DNA of 64,000 bases from positions 10,464 to 74,463 of the forward strand of contig JAIENU010000074.1 in assembly GCA_019751125.1 (NCBI GenBank), in the 5' to 3' direction. A model generated the notes under the pieces. It was not told the origin of the DNA. It made no database searches and worked only from the letters and a program-made list of their open reading frames with translations. The translations under genes were made by a program, and so were the position numbers. This document shows, in pieces, positions 37,023-43,601 of the stretch (position 1 is the stretch's first letter; each line of letters starts with the position of its first letter). Origin of the DNA: Burkholderiales bacterium. GTDB taxonomy: Bacteria; Pseudomonadota; Gammaproteobacteria; Burkholderiales; SG8-41.

Positions 37023-38443
37023 TGCAGACCGATCTCGCCATCATCGGCGCCGGGCCTGCAGGGCTGTCGGCTGCAATCAGTGCGACGGCGGCAGGGCTCA
37101 AGGTGGTGGTGCTTGACGAGCAGCCGGTGCCCGGCGGGCAGATCTACCGCAATATCGAAACACTGGCGGCAACACGGCCCGCGCATCTGCAATGGCTGGG
37201 GCCCGACTACGCGGCGGGCCTGCCGCTGCTGCGCCATTTCCATGAATGTGCTGCAACGTATCTGCCGATGGCGCAGGTGTGGCAGGTCGGTCACGACGGG
37301 CGCGTGTATTACCGCCGTAATGTCGCAAATGAAGGCGCGGTGGGCATAGTCCATGCACGCAAGGTGTTGATTGCCACCGGTGCAATGGAGCGTCCGCTGC
37401 CGGTGCCGGGCTGGACGCTGCCCGGCGTGATGAGCTGCGGTGCTGCGCAGACCCTGCTCAAGGCCAGTGGCCTCGCGCCTGATGGCCGTTTTGTTCTTGC
37501 GGGTAGCGGCCCCTTGCTGCTGTTGCTCGCGGCGCAACTGATCCGCGCGGGCAGGCCGCCGGCGGCGATACTCGAGACTTCCTATGATTTCTGGGGCGCC
37601 CTGCCGCATCTGCCCGGCATGCTCGGTCTGCCCGGCTATCTGCTGAAGGGCCTTGGGCTGCTGCGCGAGATTCGTGCCGCTGCGCTGCCGTTTTACCGCG
37701 GCGTGACGCGGCTGGAGATCAAGGGCAGGGAACGCGCGCGGGAAATCGAGTTCGAGGTGGACGGCCGCAGCTTCATTGAGGCGGTAGATCTGGTCTTTCT
37801 GCACCAGGGTGTAGTGCCCAACGGCAACCTGGCGCTGTCCACCGACATCCGCCATCACTGGGACGATCTGCAGAAGTGTTTCCGGCCCGAACTCGATGCC
37901 GCGGGCCGCAGTTCCAGCGACATGGTGCGTGTGGCTGGTGATGCCGGCGGCATTGTTGGTGCGGTTGGCGCTGCGGCGATGGGCGAAGTGGCGGGGCTGG
38001 CAGCCGCTGCCGACCTTGGCAGTATTGATGCGGCCGAATTTGAAAGCCGCGCAGCTGCTGCGAGGCAATTGCTGACACGGCACCGGGCGGCGCGGCCATT
38101 TCTGGATCGCTTGTATCGCCCGCGGCAGCAGTGGGTGGCGCCCACCGATCCCGACACGGTGATCTGCCGCTGCGAGGAAATTCGCGCCGGTGATGTGCGC
38201 CACCTCGTTGCCGCACAAAATTGCCCCGGCCCGAACCAGATGAAATCCTTCATGCGCTGCGGCATGGGTCCCTGCCAGGGGCGGCTGTGCGGCTTGACCG
38301 CGGTCGAGCTGATCGCTGAAACCCGTGGCCAGACCCCGGCTGAGATCGGTTATTACCGGATCCGCGCCCCGATCAAACCTGTCACCCTCGGTGACATGGC
38401 GGCCCTTGATGTGCCGAGCCGCCATGACGCCGTCAATCCCTGA
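37022..38443 (+). CDS. NAD(P)/FAD-dependent oxidoreductase, alpha-type subunit (HcnB/OoxA-like)
   Basis: DLAIIGAGPAGLSAAISA fold and a C-terminal BFD-like Cys motif ICRCEEIRAGDV...MRCGMGPCQGRLC. The start overlaps the upstream stop (GTGATG). Confidence 0.8.
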   Translation: MQTDLAIIGAGPAGLSAAISATAAGLKVVVLDEQPVPGGQIYRNIETLAATRPAHLQWLGPDYAAGLPLLRHFHECAATYLPMAQVWQVGHDGRVYYRRNVANEGAVGIVHARKVLIATGAMERPLPVPGWTLPGVMSCGAAQTLLKASGLAPDGRFVLAGSGPLLLLLAAQLIRAGRPPAAILETSYDFWGALPHLPGMLGLPGYLLKGLGLLREIRAAALPFYRGVTRLEIKGRERAREIEFEVDGRSFIEAVDLVFLHQGVVPNGNLALSTDIRHHWDDLQKCFRPELDAAGRSSSDMVRVAGDAGGIVGAVGAAAMGEVAGLAAAADLGSIDAAEFESRAAAARQLLTRHRAARPFLDRLYRPRQQWVAPTDPDTVICRCEEIRAGDVRHLVAAQNCPGPNQMKSFMRCGMGPCQGRLCGLTAVELIAETRGQTPAEIGYYRIRAPIKPVTLGDMAALDVPSRHDAVNP

Positions 38444-38474
38444 ACTGAAACCAAACCTCAAAGTGAGCTGACTC

Positions 38475-40187
38475 ATGGCTGTCTACCGTCCCACCATCAC
38501 CGGCGAACGCCACATGATTTCCGCCGGTCATTATTCGGCCACCCATGCCGGTTTCAAGATCCTCGAGGCCGGCGGCAATGCCATCGACGCCGGTGTGGCT
38601 GCAGGCATTGCGCTGGGCATCCTGCAGACCGACCGCGTCAATTTCGCCGGTGTCGCGCCGATCATGATCTGGCTTGCCGACAGGCAGCAGGTGGTCAACA
38701 TCGACGGCCTGGGCACCTGGCCGAAGGCGGCGTCGCTGGAGCATTTCCACAAACACCACGAAGGCAAGATGCCGCCGGGCCTGCTGCGCGCGGTGATGCC
38801 GGCGGCACCGGCATCCTGGCTCGCTGCACTCGAGCGCTACGGCACGATGAGTTTCGGCGAAGTTGCGGCGGAAGCGACGCGGCTTGCGCGGGACGGTTTC
38901 GCGATGCACGAATTCATGGCCGACTACATCAAGGACAACGAGGCGGGTTACCGCCACTGGCCCTCGAGCACCGCGGTGTTCCTGCCCAAGGGCAGGCCGC
39001 CGGAAGTCGGCGAGCGTTTTATCCAGTCGGAACTTGCGGCCTCGCTGCAGTACATGATTGACGAGGAGGCGGCGCACAAGGGCAAGGGCAGGGCGGCCGG
39101 CCTGCGCGCGGCGCGTGATGCCTTCTACAAGGGCGATATCGCGCAGAAGATCGCCAGATACCATCGCGAAAACGAAGGCTGGGTCACTGCCGAAGACCTC
39201 GCCGCTTACGAAGTCAGCTTTGAAGATCCGGTACACACGCGTTTTCATGGGGTTGATCTCTATGCCTGCGGCCCGTGGTCGCAGGGGCCGGTGCTGCCGC
39301 AGACACTGAACCTGCTGTCGGGTTTTGACCTGAAGGCGATGGGCCATAACTCGCCGCAGTACGTGCACACCATCGTCGAATCCCTGAAGCTGTCCTTCGC
39401 CGACCGCCACCGTTATTACGGCGATCCGAAATTCGTCAAGGTGCCGATCGATATCCTGCTTTCGCCGGCCTATGCCGACGAGCGGCGCAAGCTGATCAAT
39501 GCCGATGCCGCCGCACCGGGCATGCCGGAGGCGGGTGATGTGATCGGCTTCGCCAAGCTGCACAATCTGCCGCCGCCGACGCCCGGCGAGCCGAATCCGC
39601 CGCCGGACACTTCTTATGTCTGTGTTGTTGACCGCCACGGCAATGCCTTCTCGGCCACGCCCAGCGACGGCTCCAGCGCGATGCCGGTCATTCCCGGCAC
39701 GGGGCTGTGCCCGTCCTCGCGCGGCTCGCAGTCGTGGACCGATCCGAAAATGCCGGCAGTGATGGCGCCGGGCAAACGGCCGCGGCTGACGCCGAATCCG
39801 GCGATGGCACTGAAGGACGGCAAGCTGCTGATGCCTTTTGGTTCGCCCGGCAACGACATCCAGCCGCAGGCGATGACCCAGGTTTTTCTCAACATCGTGG
39901 TGTTCGGCATGGAGCCGCAGGCCGCGGTCGAGGCGCCGCGCTTCGCCACCTACAGCTTCCCCAGTTCCTCGGAGCCGCACGCCTATCACCCGGGGCGGAT
40001 CAATCTCGAATCGCGTTTTGAAACAAAGACGGTTGAACAGCTCGCGAAGCTGGGCCACACCGTCGCGGCGTGGCGCGAAATCGAATGGCGCGCCGGCGCG
40101 GTGTGTGCGGTGCGTGTGAATCGCGACAACGGCCTGCTCGAAGGTGCTGCCGATCCGCGGCGGCCCTGTTATGCGATGGGGGTTTGA
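38475..40187 (+). CDS. gamma-glutamyltransferase-family Ntn hydrolase, paralog 2
   Basis: Collinear paralog of 29177..30895, with GGNAIDAGVAAG, PPDTSYVCVVDRHGNAFSATPS and FGSPGN. Confidence 0.85.
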   Translation: MAVYRPTITGERHMISAGHYSATHAGFKILEAGGNAIDAGVAAGIALGILQTDRVNFAGVAPIMIWLADRQQVVNIDGLGTWPKAASLEHFHKHHEGKMPPGLLRAVMPAAPASWLAALERYGTMSFGEVAAEATRLARDGFAMHEFMADYIKDNEAGYRHWPSSTAVFLPKGRPPEVGERFIQSELAASLQYMIDEEAAHKGKGRAAGLRAARDAFYKGDIAQKIARYHRENEGWVTAEDLAAYEVSFEDPVHTRFHGVDLYACGPWSQGPVLPQTLNLLSGFDLKAMGHNSPQYVHTIVESLKLSFADRHRYYGDPKFVKVPIDILLSPAYADERRKLINADAAAPGMPEAGDVIGFAKLHNLPPPTPGEPNPPPDTSYVCVVDRHGNAFSATPSDGSSAMPVIPGTGLCPSSRGSQSWTDPKMPAVMAPGKRPRLTPNPAMALKDGKLLMPFGSPGNDIQPQAMTQVFLNIVVFGMEPQAAVEAPRFATYSFPSSSEPHAYHPGRINLESRFETKTVEQLAKLGHTVAAWREIEWRAGAVCAVRVNRDNGLLEGAADPRRPCYAMGV

Positions 40188-40207
40188 GAAGGGGAATTGT
40201 TGTAAAT

Positions 40208-40223
40208 AATTGTTTTTATTGAA
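40208..40223 (+). repeat. AT-rich intergenic motif copy d (AATTGTTTTTATTGAA)
   Basis: 20 nt after the GGT-2 stop and 46 nt before the MFS start. The 19-nt TAATTGTTTTTATTGAATA is identical to copy e. Confidence 0.7.
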
Positions 40224-40268
40224 TAATTTATAGAGCGGCGACAAGCCGTCCGGGGGGCAAAAGCAATC

Positions 40269-41513
40269 ATGAAATTCCTGCGCATCCAGGGCATCCATCG
40301 CGCCTGGATCATTCTTGCTGCAGCCTGTGTGCTGGGTGTGGTGAGCCGCGCCGACTCGGCGTCGTTTGCCGTGCTCGTCGATCCGCTGGTTGAAAAATTC
40401 GGCTGGAAGCGCGGCGACATCGGCCTCGCCTATTCGCTGGCCTTTTTGTGCAGCATGCCGGCGATGCTGGTCTTCGGCTGGCTGGGGGATCGATACAGCG
40501 CGCGCACGCTGATGCTCGGCTCGTCGCTGATGATTTCAGTGGGCACCGTCATGCTCGGCATGATCCAGGAGCTGTGGCATCTGCATGTCATCTACGGCGT
40601 GTTTGTCGGCGCGCTGGGCAACGCGGCTTTTGTCGTGCTGCTGCCGGTGATCATCACCCGCTGGTTCAACCACAAGATGGGGCTGGCACTGGGCATCTAC
40701 TGGGCGGGGCTGGGCATGGGTCCGGTGGTGTTTGCGCTGCTGTTCCGCTGGATGATCGAGAATCGCGGCTGGGAGCCGGCATTCATGGTGTTCGGCATCG
40801 CCTTCGGTGTGGTGCTGCTGTTTTTCTCCTGGTTCATCCGATCCAGTCCAGCCGAAATGGGGTTGACGGCCTATGGCGCTGATGAGGCGGACAAGGAAAA
40901 GCAGGCCTCGGGCCCGACGGTCAGCTTGAAGTCGGTGTTTTCCAGCCGGCCGGTGTGGCTGCTGATGGGCTGCCATCATCTCGGTTGTGCGGGGCATGCG
41001 GTGATCCTTGCGCATGGCGTGTCGATGGCCACCCACCACGGCATCCCCGGCCTGCAGGCGGCGGGTGTGCTCAGCACCATCGCCGGGGTATCGATTTTCA
41101 GCCGCTTCAGTTTCTCACTGCTCACCGAGCGTTTCGGTGGTCGCACCATCCTGTCCGGCGCGATCTTCGGGCAGAGCCTGTCGGTGCTGATGCTGCTGTT
41201 CGCAAGCGAGGCCTGGCACTTCTACATCTTCGCCGTCATCTTCGGCATCTGCTACGGCGGCGAGATGGTCGGATTCCCGATCATCAACCGCCAGATGTTC
41301 GGCCCGAAGGCACCCTTGAGTTCGATTTTTTCATTCCAGATGATCGGAGGCACCACCGGCATGGCGCTCGGCGGCTGGCTGGGCGGGGCGTTGTTTGATC
41401 ATTCTGGCAACTACACGGCGGCCATTCTGGTGGCGTCGGGGATTGGCTTTTTGGCGGTGCCGTTGGCGCTTTGGTTGCCGAGGCATCGGCACAAAGCTGT
41501 GGCGCAGGTGTGA
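40269..41513 (+). CDS. MFS transporter
   Basis: About 12 hydrophobic segments, with GWLGDRYSARTLM in loop 2-3. Confidence 0.8.
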   Translation: MKFLRIQGIHRAWIILAAACVLGVVSRADSASFAVLVDPLVEKFGWKRGDIGLAYSLAFLCSMPAMLVFGWLGDRYSARTLMLGSSLMISVGTVMLGMIQELWHLHVIYGVFVGALGNAAFVVLLPVIITRWFNHKMGLALGIYWAGLGMGPVVFALLFRWMIENRGWEPAFMVFGIAFGVVLLFFSWFIRSSPAEMGLTAYGADEADKEKQASGPTVSLKSVFSSRPVWLLMGCHHLGCAGHAVILAHGVSMATHHGIPGLQAAGVLSTIAGVSIFSRFSFSLLTERFGGRTILSGAIFGQSLSVLMLLFASEAWHFYIFAVIFGICYGGEMVGFPIINRQMFGPKAPLSSIFSFQMIGGTTGMALGGWLGGALFDHSGNYTAAILVASGIGFLAVPLALWLPRHRHKAVAQV

Positions 41514-41550
41514 TGATAGTGACTGGTGATCTTATTTTTTTGAAGTGATT

Positions 41551-42837
41551 TCAGAGTTTCATGCTTTCTCGATATTGCTCTGCTGATGGCTCGTGAATCA
41601 AATCAAAAACCTTGTCGTAATTTTCTCGGATAACTTTTTCAATTTCTTTGATATCGGCCTTGAAAAACTCTTTTCTCGTGTTGACCTTGTTCACCCTTGA
41701 TTGAGTGAAATGGGCGTGAATTTTTGCTTCTAATTCTGGGGCGTTGTCTGAAAAAATCATGGCATGCAAGTCAAATTCAAAAGGTACGGATGCATCTCCA
41801 AGTTCATCAACCCGTTCTAGTGGCTCGAGCCTTCTGGTCATGCCAATTTTGTATATGTTGTGACCAAATGCCCCTATGTTCGAGACGATATAGATATAAC
41901 CCGCTTTTGCATTTTTCTCGCGGTAATCAATTTGTTTTTCTTCGCTGTCAAGAGCATTAATTTGGGAGCTAACCTCGTTTAATTTTTCTTCAATCTCTTT
42001 TTTCTCTTGCTCATCTTTGGATGCAGCCAGTTTTTGTTGAAGATTTTTAATGGCAGCAGAAAAATGCTTTCTTTCCTTTTCTATTTTTTCGCGAGCTTGC
42101 CTTATTTCTCGCTCTATTTTTTGCTGCTCTCTTAGCTCCTCCCTTGCTTTTCTTTGCTCATCTTTTTCTTCTTGTTTTTTGATCTGATATTCAAAGGCTA
42201 GTTGTAGCTCTGAAATTTTTAGATTTTTATATTGCGTGGTTACTTTGGCACTTAATATTCGTCCTAATTTTTCCAATGCTTTAAATGATTTTTCAATGCG
42301 CTCTTCAAAGTTTTCGATATTGTTAAATTTAACGTTATCGACGCAATAGTCACATTCATTGTTGAACGACCTGAGAAGAAGCCTTTTCATGTCGTTGACC
42401 ATCTTTTTTCCTTCTGCCTTGCTGCCATTAACGGTCCAATTTTCATCGGCGATAACGGCTTTACCTTCCTTGATAAGTAGTTTTTGTTCTTCTCTGATTT
42501 GGTCGAGTTTTTCTTTGTGTGATGCGCTGTTGCTGAATGGAAATTTCGGTTTATAAAGCGCGAAAGACTCGAGAAGTATTTCATCATCGAGGGAAATAAT
42601 TTGTAATTTTCTTTCGGCTATTTCTTGTTCTAGGGAATTTTTTTGCAATGCCAGTGCCTTCAAGTCCCTCTCGATTTCACTGCATTTTTTTAGGTAGATT
42701 TCTAGTTTGGCATGTACTTTTTCTACTTCATCTGCACCAATTTCCCGCATCAGATCCCTTAGTCGATTGAGATCATCAGTCAGTTTTTCGTTTTCTTTTC
42801 GAATCTCAGATACTCTAAAAATGTCGAAAATGCTCAT
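41551..42837 (-). CDS. DUF4041 + T5orf172 (MUG113/GIY-YIG-like) domain protein, candidate phage-defence nuclease
   Basis: Strongly AT-rich gene. Coiled-coil N-terminus, a DUF4041-like core (NWTVNGSKAEGKKMVNDMKRLLLRSFNNECDYCVDNVKFNNI) and a C-terminal GYIYIVSN...YKIGMTRRLEPLERVDELGD...EFFKADI T5orf172 signature. Confidence 0.8.
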   Translation of the reverse strand: MSIFDIFRVSEIRKENEKLTDDLNRLRDLMREIGADEVEKVHAKLEIYLKKCSEIERDLKALALQKNSLEQEIAERKLQIISLDDEILLESFALYKPKFPFSNSASHKEKLDQIREEQKLLIKEGKAVIADENWTVNGSKAEGKKMVNDMKRLLLRSFNNECDYCVDNVKFNNIENFEERIEKSFKALEKLGRILSAKVTTQYKNLKISELQLAFEYQIKKQEEKDEQRKAREELREQQKIEREIRQAREKIEKERKHFSAAIKNLQQKLAASKDEQEKKEIEEKLNEVSSQINALDSEEKQIDYREKNAKAGYIYIVSNIGAFGHNIYKIGMTRRLEPLERVDELGDASVPFEFDLHAMIFSDNAPELEAKIHAHFTQSRVNKVNTRKEFFKADIKEIEKVIRENYDKVFDLIHEPSAEQYRESMKL

Positions 42838-42889
42838 TTTTATATCTCTTGATCGGGTAAAGTTGACTTATTGAGAGGAGATTTTCGCT

Positions 42890-43216
42890 TTAAGCGGCTG
42901 CTGCGTGTAGCTTTACACCAAGTGCCCTAGCAACTCTTAGAACCGTCGCAAAACTCGGATTCCCATCCTCACTGAGTGCGCGGTAAAGACTTTCGCGTGA
43001 CAGGCCCGTCGCCTTGGCAACCTGTGTCATTCCTTTGGCGCGAGCTATGTCACCCAGCGCCCGCGCAATACCTGCTGCATCCTCCGGAAAATCACTAAGC
43101 CAGGCATCAAGGTAGGCAGCCATTTCCTCTGGCGTCCGGAGTTGAGCCGCGACGTCGTAGGGCAGGGTTTTGGTTTTCGCTGGTTTTTTGGCTGAAGTTC
43201 GTGTCATGTCATTCAC
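42890..43216 (-). CDS. HTH (XRE-type) addiction-module antidote protein (HigA-like antitoxin)
   Basis: 108-aa protein with AAYLDAWL..., MTQVAKATGLSRESLYRALSEDGNPSFATVLRVARALG. Overlaps the toxin stop by 4 nt. Confidence 0.85.
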   Translation of the reverse strand: MNDMTRTSAKKPAKTKTLPYDVAAQLRTPEEMAAYLDAWLSDFPEDAAGIARALGDIARAKGMTQVAKATGLSRESLYRALSEDGNPSFATVLRVARALGVKLHAAAA

Positions 43217-43506
43217 TCCTGAAAATCACGTGCCAGTTCGGTGGCGCGTTTGATGTCTCGTTCCTGCGTGGTTTTATCGCCGCCTGCCAGCAGCAGGATC
43301 AAGCGGGTTCCGCGCTGCATGTAATACACGCGATAGCCGGGACCGAAGTCGATTTTTAATTCGGATACACCGCCGGTCAGGTTGCGATGTTGGCCGGGGT
43401 TGCCGTGCACCAGCCGATCCACACGCACCTGTATCCGTGCGCGGCTCGCGGTGTCCCGCATGCCGTTGATCCACGCTCGATAGACTTCGGTCTCTTCGAC
43501 GCGCAT
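43213..43506 (-). CDS. RelE/ParE-superfamily addiction-module killer protein (HigB-like toxin)
   Basis: 97-aa protein with VSELKIDFGPGYRVYYMQRGTRLILLLAGGDKTTQERDI, typical of the killer-protein family. Toxin-first gene order. Confidence 0.85.
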   Translation of the reverse strand: MRVEETEVYRAWINGMRDTASRARIQVRVDRLVHGNPGQHRNLTGGVSELKIDFGPGYRVYYMQRGTRLILLLAGGDKTTQERDIKRATELARDFQE

Positions 43507-43514
43507 GAGCTAGT

Positions 43515-43530
43515 GTAGCCTATAGGCTAC
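43515..43530. promoter_or_regulatory. perfect 16-bp palindrome GTAGCCTATAGGCTAC (candidate TA operator)
   Basis: Fully self-complementary and located 9 nt upstream of the toxin start codon. Confidence 0.6.
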
Positions 43531-43582
43531 GTCAATAAAAGGATGGTTTGATCCTGGATGAACAGGCTATTTTTAAATAAGT

Positions 43583-43598
43583 AATTGTTTTTATTGAA
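43583..43598 (+). repeat. AT-rich intergenic motif copy e (AATTGTTTTTATTGAA)
   Basis: 4 nt from the stop of the minus-strand amidohydrolase gene, at the right edge of the AT-rich islet. Confidence 0.7.
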
Positions 43599-43601
43599 TA
43601 T

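Noticed and set aside
41514-43601. Search for an integrase, transposase, tRNA attachment site or terminal inverted repeats bounding the AT-rich defence islet. The same search was made at 56542..57960.
   Set aside because: None was found on either strand. Only the 19-nt AT-rich motif copies (first islet) and a REP-like element (second islet) are present, so I cannot call a mobile element.
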